Sequence record: SRR31156797_12923
Reading direction: 5' to 3' (one strand)
Length of the DNA: 53,018 nt
The position numbers and the translations under genes are program-made. The stretch's first letter is position 1, and each line of letters begins with the position of its first letter. Shown here one piece after another: positions 1-8,469 of the stretch. The notes below the pieces were generated by a model. It was not told the DNA's origin. It saw only the letters and a program-made list of their open reading frames with translations, and did no database searches.

Positions 1-28
1 TATAACGGCATGAATTCATGCCGTTATA
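1..28. repeat. Perfect 28-bp palindrome (operator or hairpin)
   Basis: TATAACGGCATGAA-TTCATGCCGTTATA is self-complementary with no spacer. Confidence 0.8.
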
Positions 29-64
29 TTCAATTTAAACATTTCGAAACAACATATCTTGCCC

Positions 65-91
65 AATACTCTTCTATCTTTGCCTGATAAA
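65..91 (-). promoter_or_regulatory. Putative AraC(YqhC-like) box, copy 1, for a gene beyond the left edge
   Basis: Minus strand TTTATCAGGCAA-N8-GAGTATT; TAAATT 54 nt downstream of the motif start. Confidence 0.55.
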
Positions 92-155
92 AGCCAACGG
101 CGATTAGCTGTATTCAATGCCTATTTATTATAGTTAACCCACAGAACAACGTCGG

Positions 156-899
156 TTATGGCAGGTAAGCACCACCACAAACTGGGTTGTATGTGCCGGT
201 AATATGGCCGCTTGCTTCACTTACCAGATAACGTACAGTGTTTGCTACATCTTCAGGTGTAGCAATACGTTGCGTTGGCGTAAACATACGAATCGTTTCT
301 TTAAACTCTTCTGGCGCTTCTTTTGTTGCATCAGTCAGAACCAGACCTGGTGCAACAATGTTAGAAGTAATACCAAATGGACCCAACTCTTGAGCTAAGT
401 ACTTATTAAAGCTGTCTAGTGCACCTTTCGCAGTACCATGAGCAATAAATGCTGGAGCAGGCGCTTCAGACAGAGTACTTGAGATAAACACAAGACGTCC
501 AAAGTTACGCTCTTTCATACTTGCCGCTGCCAGTTTTGCTGTTTGATAAGCAGCATGCATTTCATCATTCAGTTTCTGAGCAAACTCTTCCCACGTCTGA
601 TCCATAAACGGTTTAGAAGTGAAGTTCATGTTTGCGTTAGAAACAAGTACATCAACACCACCATGCTCGTTGATGATCGTATCAAACATCGCTTGAACCT
701 GCGCATCATCGCGCACGTCAGCTTTAAGCGTATAAGCTTCGCCACCTTCAGCGATAATCTCCTGAGCTAACGCCTCAGCAACTTCTGTACTGTTAACGTA
801 ATTGATAAATACACGGTAACCTTCGGCCGCTAAAGCTTTTGCTGATGCTGCGCCGATACCACGCGCTCCACCCGTTACTAATGCGTTACGTTTTGTCAT
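156..899 (-). CDS. SDR family oxidoreductase (FabG-like) with atypical HxxxK active-site motif
   Basis: TGGARGIG Rossmann motif, ISS, HGTAK at the YxxxK position, VAPG, ITG; RBS AGGAG. Confidence 0.9.
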   Translation of the reverse strand: MTKRNALVTGGARGIGAASAKALAAEGYRVFINYVNSTEVAEALAQEIIAEGGEAYTLKADVRDDAQVQAMFDTIINEHGGVDVLVSNANMNFTSKPFMDQTWEEFAQKLNDEMHAAYQTAKLAAASMKERNFGRLVFISSTLSEAPAPAFIAHGTAKGALDSFNKYLAQELGPFGITSNIVAPGLVLTDATKEAPEEFKETIRMFTPTQRIATPEDVANTVRYLVSEASGHITGTYNPVCGGAYLP

Positions 900-963
900 A
901 GAACTTCTCCTAATTTTAAGTCTGACTTTTCTCTACAGCTTTCCTTGACACAATGTCGAGCTG

Positions 964-1416
964 TCAATTTTGTTTGTTTAATGTGCGTAGGTTGGTAATC
1001 ACACTTGATAGGTGCGCCCTACTTTGATTTAGCTCTGTATCACTAAGATTGGTTTGCGCATCCATTAATACTGATGCAGCAATCTCGGAACATTGCTCTA
1101 CCACTTCCAATGATTTTTCAGTTAACACAACCAGCTTACTTCGGCTATCAGTCGGAGAGCGCTTTCGCTCAATCCAACCTCGCTTTTCCAGCCCATCAAT
1201 TGAGCGACTAACACTGGATTTTTCTAAATACAAGAGATCGCAAACTTGACTTTGAGTCAGTGCTCCACTGTTTTGTAACAGTAAAATCACTCCCCATTGC
1301 TCAGCTGTCATATCTATACCCGCATGCTTAAAACGCGTTGTAAGTAAACGGTTAAATAAGCGGCTAGCTAACCCCGTTAGATGCCCCAGTGATTGATGAT
1401 GATCGTATTGATGCAT
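964..1416 (-). CDS. MarR family transcriptional regulator
   Basis: LTQSQVCD...SSVSRSIDGLEKRGWIER...DSRSKLVVLT winged helix; start reassigned to ATG at 1416 (MHQY). Confidence 0.9.
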   Translation of the reverse strand: MHQYDHHQSLGHLTGLASRLFNRLLTTRFKHAGIDMTAEQWGVILLLQNSGALTQSQVCDLLYLEKSSVSRSIDGLEKRGWIERKRSPTDSRSKLVVLTEKSLEVVEQCSEIAASVLMDAQTNLSDTELNQSRAHLSSVITNLRTLNKQN

Positions 1417-1440
1417 TGCTACCGTACCGAATGATTCTAC

Positions 1441-1474
1441 CAACAATATAGTTGTATACACAACTATATTGTTG
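1441..1474. promoter_or_regulatory. Putative MarR operator
   Basis: Perfect 15-bp inverted repeat CAACAATATAGTTGT-N4-ACAACTATATTGTTG, 25 bp upstream of the marR start. Confidence 0.75.
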
Positions 1475-1552
1475 ACTGTCAAATCTAAATGAAAAAAATG
1501 CCCCGTTTTACGGAGCACTCTTCGCGTTAAATCCGAAATAAAGTCGGCAAAA

Positions 1553-2527
1553 CTAATTAAACACTTCCATTTGCGCACGACCAGATTCTAATAATTTCAT
1601 CACCTGTATAGAGTGTTCAAGGTACTCATAGCATTGCTTTAAATCATTGTCAGAATACATCTGGCTGAAATTCTTAAACTCGTAAACCATATGGTTTTGT
1701 ATATCGTGACCATTAAACAGTTGCGTATTGCCATCAATATTAATCTCAATTTGTGGGCATACATTCGGTGTACCAACAACAGAGACGTACCCTTTTTCGC
1801 CTTGGACAGTAAAATGACCCGGGCTTTGCGAATCTTTTGCACCGACACAAGTCGCTACAAAATCAGGGTATTGCAATGTCATCACACCCGATGTGTCGAT
1901 TCCGTTATGACCTTTATTATAGGTGTAAGTAACATTAGCCGGCGCGCCGAGCAGAAAACAACACAAATGAAGGTTATAGATGTTAATGTCATAAAGTGCT
2001 CCGCCTGAAGCTTTAGGATCAAATGCAGAATGCACTTCACCTGTCAGATACTTTGCATAACGACTCGACAGCTGGGAATAATTTCCTTGTACCAACTTAA
2101 CAGCACCGATATCCGCCACTGCTTGTTTCATTTTTTGAATATTGGGCGAATGGATATTGGTGATCGCTTCAAACAAAAACAGTTTATTAGCTCTAGCCAA
2201 CTCACTCAGTTCAATCAACTCATCCGCATAAGTCGTAAATGGCTTTTCGCAAACCACATGCTTGCCAGCTTCCAGAGCTAAGCGGGCATATTCAAAATGA
2301 AGACTATTTGGAATACCGATATAGATACAATCGATATCTACATCAGATAACATCTCTTCATAGTTGGTATAGAGCTTATTTACTAAGTATTCATCACAGA
2401 GTTTTTGTCCTTTGTCCGCACTACTTTCACGCACACAAATCGCTTCGCAGAAAACATCGTCAATTTGAGAGACTGCATCCAGACACATGGTTACAATATT
2501 ACCGGCACCAGCCATACCAATACGCAT
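1553..2527 (-). CDS. Gfo/Idh/MocA family NAD(P)-dependent oxidoreductase
   Basis: GAGNI, KHVVCEKP, GGALYDINIY motifs. Confidence 0.9.
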   Translation of the reverse strand: MRIGMAGAGNIVTMCLDAVSQIDDVFCEAICVRESSADKGQKLCDEYLVNKLYTNYEEMLSDVDIDCIYIGIPNSLHFEYARLALEAGKHVVCEKPFTTYADELIELSELARANKLFLFEAITNIHSPNIQKMKQAVADIGAVKLVQGNYSQLSSRYAKYLTGEVHSAFDPKASGGALYDINIYNLHLCCFLLGAPANVTYTYNKGHNGIDTSGVMTLQYPDFVATCVGAKDSQSPGHFTVQGEKGYVSVVGTPNVCPQIEINIDGNTQLFNGHDIQNHMVYEFKNFSQMYSDNDLKQCYEYLEHSIQVMKLLESGRAQMEVFN

Positions 2528-2695
2528 TTACTTACCTTCACTTAATAACAATTAAAATACCGTAAAAAATAGTATCAACAATTACTGAAATGTCAATAAA
2601 CCCGCATGACACATGCTTAAAACCTAACAACCAAATATCTTCTTGATGCAATAACACTTAAAAACACTTACAATTAAATCGTATTAATAGATTAG

Positions 2696-3457
2696 ATGAC
2701 TAAATTGATGACACAAGACGAACGCCTGATTGAATTGGAAAACTATATCCGTAAGCATAGCAAAGTGACTTTAGAATTCATTTGTGACCGTTTTAGTATC
2801 TCGTACGATTCAGCAAGACGAGATTTAGTAAAGCTGAGCGAACGGCCGGGCATTTTGCGAATTCGTGGTGGAGCAATACTCAATGAATCAAAAGTCACAA
2901 TGTCCTATCTCCAAAGAGACAGTAAAGATCCAATAAAAATCGCTCTTGCCGACAAGGCTGTAAGCTTGATTGAGAACAATGACATTCTTTTTCTCGACGC
3001 TGGCACGACCAATGTGCTAATCGCGCAGCAGCTCGATATGGAGCTCAGCGTCATTACCAACTCCGTTGAAAGCTTGAATGTTCTATCCCACAAGCCTGAG
3101 ATAAAAAAGTGTGTATTAGGTGGAATGTTTGATCAGTTTTCACACGCAATTTTGGGCGACATGACCATCGAACACATCAAAAAGTATCAGGCGGACAGGG
3201 CTTTTATTGGGGTTAGCGCCCTATCAGGTTGTGGCATTACTGCCGATAGCGAGCTTGATGCAAACCTAAAAATCGCCATGGCTCGTCAATCGAAACAGGT
3301 GATATGCGTTACAAAATCCGATAAGTTCAACACACAGCGTCTGTATCAGTCTTGTGGTTGGGAGGATATAGATTGCCTCATAACGGACAAAAAGCCCCCT
3401 CACGTTATTCTTGAACAATTAGAACGATATGACGTAGAGCTTATTGTTGTAAATTAG
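2696..3457 (+). CDS. DeoR/GlpR family regulator (GlcR-like)
   Basis: SYDSARRDLVKL...RGGA HTH, FLDAGTT, ITNS, AFIG; divergent from the Gfo gene. Confidence 0.9.
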   Translation: MTKLMTQDERLIELENYIRKHSKVTLEFICDRFSISYDSARRDLVKLSERPGILRIRGGAILNESKVTMSYLQRDSKDPIKIALADKAVSLIENNDILFLDAGTTNVLIAQQLDMELSVITNSVESLNVLSHKPEIKKCVLGGMFDQFSHAILGDMTIEHIKKYQADRAFIGVSALSGCGITADSELDANLKIAMARQSKQVICVTKSDKFNTQRLYQSCGWEDIDCLITDKKPPHVILEQLERYDVELIVVN

Positions 3458-3504
3458 AGCCCATGGTTAATCAGAAATGCTTAAGCGTTGAATAGTCCGA
3501 ACAC

Positions 3505-3534
3505 TAAATGTAACGATTTTTATCGTTACATTTA
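3505..3534. terminator. Hairpin between convergent deoR and lacI genes; arms resemble the LacI operator
   Basis: TAAATGTAACGAT-TTTT-ATCGTTACATTTA, perfect 13-bp arms. Confidence 0.5.
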
Positions 3535-3566
3535 AGCTCAACAATCAAAACGCGACTTCCGGTTAT

Positions 3567-4553
3567 CTATGCTGAGTGTCGGACAACTAAAGAGTGGTGA
3601 ATAATTTTAGACGCTGCGCTTTTGCCTTCGATACGTTGAGTCAGCATTTTCATCGCAGCTTGACCCATTTCGAATGTAGGTTGCTGAATTGTCGTCAAAG
3701 AGGGTTCAAACATATCTGACAACGGAATGTCATCAAAACCAATAACGGAAACATCCTGCGGAACCTTCTTACCCATTCTAAACAGTGCTTTCATCACCCC
3801 AATAGCGAGCGTATCAGACACTGAAAATACAGCAGTTGGCGGTGTAGTCAGAGTCATAAGGCGTCTAGCTGCTAGCTCACCTAACGGATAATCGATCCCA
3901 CCCATAGATTGAATATACCCTTCTTCAATCTCAAGCCCTGCCGACTCCATGGCACTGACATACCCTTCTCTGCGTTGCTGAGCGTAGATATAACGTTCAT
4001 CCGAATTTACAAAAGCAATACGTTTATGACCTTTTGATACCAAATACAACACCGCATCTCGTGCTGCTTGTTTGTGGTCGATACTCACGTAAGCCACCTC
4101 AGAATTAGGCACATATTCGGAGCAAGCTACCCAGGGAAGATTAACGATTCTGTCTGGCAGACTTAGTTGAGCAGTCATTGGATCAAGGCTGATTACACCA
4201 GCGACTTGCTTCTGTTCGAGCATATCGAGATATTTCAGCTCTACCCAGCTATCACCCTGTGTGTTGGTCAGAATAACCGAGTAGTTATATTCACGAGCTG
4301 ATGCTTCAATTCCGTTAACAATGCCTGCGTAGAACGGATTCTCAATGTTAGGTACTAAGACCATCACTAGCTTGGTACCGTTGAGTTTCATTACCGGATT
4401 GCTTTCTGGTAATTGGTAGCCCAGAGCCTCAACCGCCTTTTGTACTTTCTCTCTCGTCTGAGGACGTATTGACTGACTGTCATTTAGAACTCGAGAAACA
4501 GTTGCTGTTGATACGCCTGCGTACTTAGCAACATCTGCGACAGATGGACGCAT
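3567..4553 (-). CDS. LacI family transcriptional regulator
   Basis: VADVAKYAGVSTATVSRVLN HTH; VIGFDD and LTTIQQP. Confidence 0.95.
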   Translation of the reverse strand: MRPSVADVAKYAGVSTATVSRVLNDSQSIRPQTREKVQKAVEALGYQLPESNPVMKLNGTKLVMVLVPNIENPFYAGIVNGIEASAREYNYSVILTNTQGDSWVELKYLDMLEQKQVAGVISLDPMTAQLSLPDRIVNLPWVACSEYVPNSEVAYVSIDHKQAARDAVLYLVSKGHKRIAFVNSDERYIYAQQRREGYVSAMESAGLEIEEGYIQSMGGIDYPLGELAARRLMTLTTPPTAVFSVSDTLAIGVMKALFRMGKKVPQDVSVIGFDDIPLSDMFEPSLTTIQQPTFEMGQAAMKMLTQRIEGKSAASKIIHHSLVVRHSA

Positions 4554-4640
4554 AAAACTCTAAAACCTCATATTTATTTCTATGAAACAAATGTAACACG
4601 AATTGTGTTACCTCTCTAGGTTTTCATGACTTACGTTGAC

Positions 4641-4656
4641 CGTGATCTAAATCTCA
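4641..4656. promoter_or_regulatory. Putative CRP site
   Basis: CGTGA-N6-TCTCA in the lacI/gfo intergenic region. Confidence 0.5.
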
Positions 4657-4720
4657 AACCCTAGTTATAACGTGACAAAGAACATAAATTTAATTCAAGA
4701 ATTTAGGATTCCCTTCCCTC

Positions 4721-4773
4721 AATGTAACAGATTACAGTAGATTTAATGTAACAAATGTAATGTTACATTAAAT
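4721..4773. promoter_or_regulatory. Cluster of putative LacI operators (AATGTAAC half-sites)
   Basis: AATGTAACAGATTACA, and ATTTAATGTAACA-N7-TGTTACATTAAAT containing TGTAATGTTACA; a further GTAACAC-N5-GTGTTAC at about 4593-4611. Confidence 0.7.
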
Positions 4774-4783
4774 GAGGTAAGTG

Positions 4784-5920
4784 ATGAACAAAACAAGTAT
4801 CAACGCAGTTATTGTTGGAACGGGAATGATCGCTCATGTTCATTACCGATCGCTTAAGACTGCAGGTGTGAATGTACTTGGATTAGTCGATGCGAATAAA
4901 GAGCAAGCGGAAAAGGTTGCCAATAATTGGAGTGTCTCTGTATTTGATGATTTGGATCATGCATTGCGCTGCGAGAATGTTGACGTTGTACATATCTGTA
5001 CACCTAACATTTTCCACCATGATATGGCCAAAAAGGTTCTAGAAGCTGGAAAACATGTTATTTGTGAAAAGCCATTAGCGACAAACCTTGAAGATGCACT
5101 GGAACTACAACAGCTTGCAGCAGAAAAGAATGTCGTAACGGGCGTCCCTTTTGTTTACCGCTATCACCCAATGGTTCGTGAAGCCCGAGCACGTATCGCT
5201 AGCGGCGAGCTAGGCGCGCTACATCTGATTCACGGAAGTTATTTACAAGACTGGTTATTAGACCAAACGGATAATAACTGGCGTGTTGATCCCTCTAAAG
5301 GTGGTGCTTCACGCGCTTTTGCAGACATCGGTAGTCACTGGTGTGATCTTATGGAATGGGTTACCGGTGAAAGGTTCACCCAACTAACCAGCCATTTCCA
5401 TACTGCTCAAAAAGAGCGTTCAACGAATGCAACTGAAACCTTCAGTGACCGAGTGGATCAAGATATCGACAACAGTTCCAAAGCATCCGTGACCACTGAG
5501 GACATCGCTAACCTACTCCTCATTACTGACAAAAATACACCTGCGACAGTAACCATCAGCCAAGTTTCAGCTGGTCGTAAAAACAGACTTTGGTTTGAAA
5601 TTGACGGCACCAACAGCAGCCTCGAGTTCGATCAGGAAAAACCGGAACAACTTTGGGTAAATACTCGTGAAGCTAAATCTCTTGTAGTTCGCGATCCCAC
5701 TCAGGGCAGCGATGAGCAAAAACGACTTTCACTAACACCAGCAGGTCATGCTCAAGGTTACAGCCACTGCTTTGACGCATTTATTAACGATTTCTACGAC
5801 ACCATCTTAGGCAGTAACCCTGAAGGGCTACCCACTTTCGATGATGGCGCTCGTGCTGCAAAGATCATTGATGCCGCACTTAACTCTTCAAGAGACAAAC
5901 AATGGGTTTCTCTTGATTAA
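4784..5920 (+). CDS. Gfo/Idh/MocA oxidoreductase (putative 3-keto-sugar reductase/dehydrogenase)
   Basis: GTGMIA, KHVICEKP, YLQDWL, DIGSHW, PAGHAQGY; RBS GAGG. Confidence 0.85.
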   Translation: MNKTSINAVIVGTGMIAHVHYRSLKTAGVNVLGLVDANKEQAEKVANNWSVSVFDDLDHALRCENVDVVHICTPNIFHHDMAKKVLEAGKHVICEKPLATNLEDALELQQLAAEKNVVTGVPFVYRYHPMVREARARIASGELGALHLIHGSYLQDWLLDQTDNNWRVDPSKGGASRAFADIGSHWCDLMEWVTGERFTQLTSHFHTAQKERSTNATETFSDRVDQDIDNSSKASVTTEDIANLLLITDKNTPATVTISQVSAGRKNRLWFEIDGTNSSLEFDQEKPEQLWVNTREAKSLVVRDPTQGSDEQKRLSLTPAGHAQGYSHCFDAFINDFYDTILGSNPEGLPTFDDGARAAKIIDAALNSSRDKQWVSLD

Positions 5921-5959
5921 CTCTAATCGTGATACATCCCTACAATAACTAATACGGAT

Positions 5960-7210
5960 ATGATTATGAAAAACGACAACTTTATCCTGCCACGCTTACG
6001 CGTAATGATGTTTTTACAGTTCTTTATATGGGGCGCATGGTATACCTCAATAGCGGTATACATGTCTCAGGTGGGTATGAGTGACCTGACTCACTGGCCA
6101 TTTACTGTTAACCCTCTCGCTGCGGTTATTGCACCGTTCTTTATCGGTTTGATTGCAGACAAATACTTCGCCACACAAAAAGTATTGGGAACACTACACC
6201 TTTTAGGCGCAGCCTTTTTATTCGCGGCACCACACACAATCGAAAACCCGACGTTATTTATTGTCATATTGCTGGCTTATAACCTGGCTTATATGCCCAC
6301 TTTAGGTCTGTCTAACTCTTTGGCATTCCGTAATATCGATGATCAGGAGAAACAATTCCCGACGATTCGCGTATTCGGTACGATCGGTTGGATCGTTGCA
6401 GGTTTGTTCATCAGCTTTGGTCTAAGCGGTATGTTCGACGTCGCTGCAGAGCAAACAGCAATGCCACTATATACCGCGGCAACAGCGAGTGTGATTCTGG
6501 GCGTCTTCAGTTTCATGCTACCTGACACTCAGCCAGCAGCGAAAGGGACTAAAACATCATTCAGCGAAATTGCGGGAATTAATGTATTCAAAGAGCTAGC
6601 GAGTCCAGCATTCTTTGTATTCATGCTTGCGTCTTTCTTAATCTGTATCCCACTAGCAGCGTACTATAACTTCACTCAGCTGTTCTTAAGCTCTATGGAC
6701 ATGGCAAACATTGCCGGTATTCAAACACTTGGTCAGGTGTCTGAACTTGGTTTCATGCTACTAATGCCTCTGTTCTTCCGTCGCCTTGGCGTTAAATGGA
6801 TGCTGGTTGTTGGTATGGGCGCGTGGGTTCTGCGTTACGCATTATTTGCAATGAGCGCTCCGGATTCAGTGGTATGGATGATCATGGCTGGTATCGCACT
6901 ACACGGTGTTTGTTATGACTTCTTCTTCGTTACAGGTCAAATCTACATAGATAAACAATGTAACGACAGCAACCGCGGTCAAGCACAAGGTCTTCTGGTA
7001 CTGGTTACTTACGGTATCGGTATGCTGGTCGGTGCTCAAATCGCAGGTATGGTTTACAACGAGTTCTTACAAGGTGCAACTCAACTGACACCTGACAACT
7101 GGGCAAGCTTCTGGTGGATTCCTGCAATGTTTGCAGCAGGTGTTGCACTACTGTTTATCCTGTTCTTCAAAGAAAAGCCACAAGCCGTCCGTAAAGAAGC
7201 TCGTGTTTAA
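5960..7210 (+). CDS. Nucleoside:H+ symporter (NupG/XapB-like) family MFS transporter
   Basis: MMFLQFFIWGAW, IRVFGTIGWI, LHGVCYDFFFVTGQIY; about 12 hydrophobic segments. Confidence 0.9.
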   Translation: MIMKNDNFILPRLRVMMFLQFFIWGAWYTSIAVYMSQVGMSDLTHWPFTVNPLAAVIAPFFIGLIADKYFATQKVLGTLHLLGAAFLFAAPHTIENPTLFIVILLAYNLAYMPTLGLSNSLAFRNIDDQEKQFPTIRVFGTIGWIVAGLFISFGLSGMFDVAAEQTAMPLYTAATASVILGVFSFMLPDTQPAAKGTKTSFSEIAGINVFKELASPAFFVFMLASFLICIPLAAYYNFTQLFLSSMDMANIAGIQTLGQVSELGFMLLMPLFFRRLGVKWMLVVGMGAWVLRYALFAMSAPDSVVWMIMAGIALHGVCYDFFFVTGQIYIDKQCNDSNRGQAQGLLVLVTYGIGMLVGAQIAGMVYNEFLQGATQLTPDNWASFWWIPAMFAAGVALLFILFFKEKPQAVRKEARV

Positions 7211-7236
7211 TACTCAGTATATTTAGGTTATTTATT

Positions 7237-8289
7237 ATGAATCAAATTAAAGGCCCAGCTATTTTCTTAGCTCAGTTTATCTCTGACGGTGCGCCTTTTA
7301 ACACCCTCGAAGGCCTGGCTAAATGGGCCTCCGACAAAGGTTATAAAGCGTTGCAGATGCCAACGCTCAACCCAGAGATTTTTGACCTTAAACAGGCCGC
7401 TGAAAACCAGGATTATTGTGAACAAATCAAAGCAACACTGGCACAATTTGGACTTGAAATCAGTGAACTGTCAACTCACATCCAAGGTCAGCTTATTGCC
7501 GTACATCCGGCGTATGACTTGCTAATGGATCAATTCGCGCCCGAAGCGGTAAAGGGCAACTCATCTGCTCGCACTGAATGGGCAACGAACGAATTAATGC
7601 TAGCGGCAAGAGCTTCAGCTAACCTTGGCTTGAACGCACATGCTACGTTTTCAGGTTCTTTAATGTGGCCTTACGTATACCCGTGGCCACAACGCCCACA
7701 AGGTTTGGTTGAACAAGGCTTTGCAGAGCTGGCAAAACGTTGGTTACCGATTTTGGATGAATTTGATAAGGCTGGTGTAGACGTATGTTACGAACTTCAT
7801 CCGGGTGAAGACCTGTTTGACGGTACCAGCTTTGAATACTTCCTCGAAAGTGTTAACCATCACCCGAGAGCAAATGTTCTGTACGATCCAAGCCACATGC
7901 TACTTCAGGGAATGGATTATATCGGCTTTATCGATCGCTACCATTCGCGCATTAAGGCATTTCATGTTAAAGATGCGGAATTCCGCCCTAGCGCATCACA
8001 AGGTGTTTATGGCGGATACGCGGGATGGACAGAGCGAGCTGGCCGTTTCCGCTCCCTGGGTGACGGTCAAATAGACTTTGTACAAATTTTCAGCAAGTTA
8101 ACCCAATATGGCTTTGACGGCTGGGCGGTTCTTGAATGGGAATGTTGCCTTAAAGATTCTGAACAAGGCGCAGCAGAAGGCGCTCCGTTCATTAGCCAAC
8201 ACCTTATTCACCGAACAGAAAAGGCTTTTGATGATTTTGCGTCCGGCAGTCAACAAGATGATCTCAACAACAATCTATTAGGTCTATAA
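7237..8289 (+). CDS. Sugar phosphate isomerase/epimerase (xylose-isomerase-like TIM barrel, IolE/YcjR-like)
   Basis: IKGPAIFLAQF N-terminus; metal motifs YELHP, YDPSH, FHVKD, LEWE. Confidence 0.85.
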   Translation: MNQIKGPAIFLAQFISDGAPFNTLEGLAKWASDKGYKALQMPTLNPEIFDLKQAAENQDYCEQIKATLAQFGLEISELSTHIQGQLIAVHPAYDLLMDQFAPEAVKGNSSARTEWATNELMLAARASANLGLNAHATFSGSLMWPYVYPWPQRPQGLVEQGFAELAKRWLPILDEFDKAGVDVCYELHPGEDLFDGTSFEYFLESVNHHPRANVLYDPSHMLLQGMDYIGFIDRYHSRIKAFHVKDAEFRPSASQGVYGGYAGWTERAGRFRSLGDGQIDFVQIFSKLTQYGFDGWAVLEWECCLKDSEQGAAEGAPFISQHLIHRTEKAFDDFASGSQQDDLNNNLLGL

Positions 8290-8301
8290 AATCCCCTCCC
8301 C

Positions 8302-8340
8302 AAGCCGTCGTATTGTCACATACAGTGCGACGGCTTTATT
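8302..8340 (+). terminator. Rho-independent terminator
   Basis: AAGCCGTCG...CGACGGCTT followed by TATT after the stop codon. Confidence 0.7.
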
Positions 8341-8343
8341 CGT

Positions 8344-8370
8344 AGGAATAGGCAATTTTCCAAGACGAAT
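8344..8370 (+). promoter_or_regulatory. Putative AraC box, copy 2 (tannase-family gene)
   Basis: AGGAATAGGCAA-N8-GACGAAT. Confidence 0.65.
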
Positions 8371-8469
8371 CTATCTTCCGCTAATTCTGTGTTTCTAAGA
8401 AAATTAATATTAGCTGTGGTTTGTGCCAAATAATGCAAATTGTGGCTATTCTTATATAAAAACTAGGAA

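Noticed and set aside
1417-1578. N-terminal extension of the MarR ORF in the ORF track
   Set aside because: It overlaps the upstream gene and spans the operator palindrome and a terminator-like hairpin; the domain starts at Met 1416.
2653-2670. AACACTTA direct repeat with 10-bp period upstream of deoR
   Set aside because: A plausible DeoR site, but only two short AT-rich copies, too weak to call.
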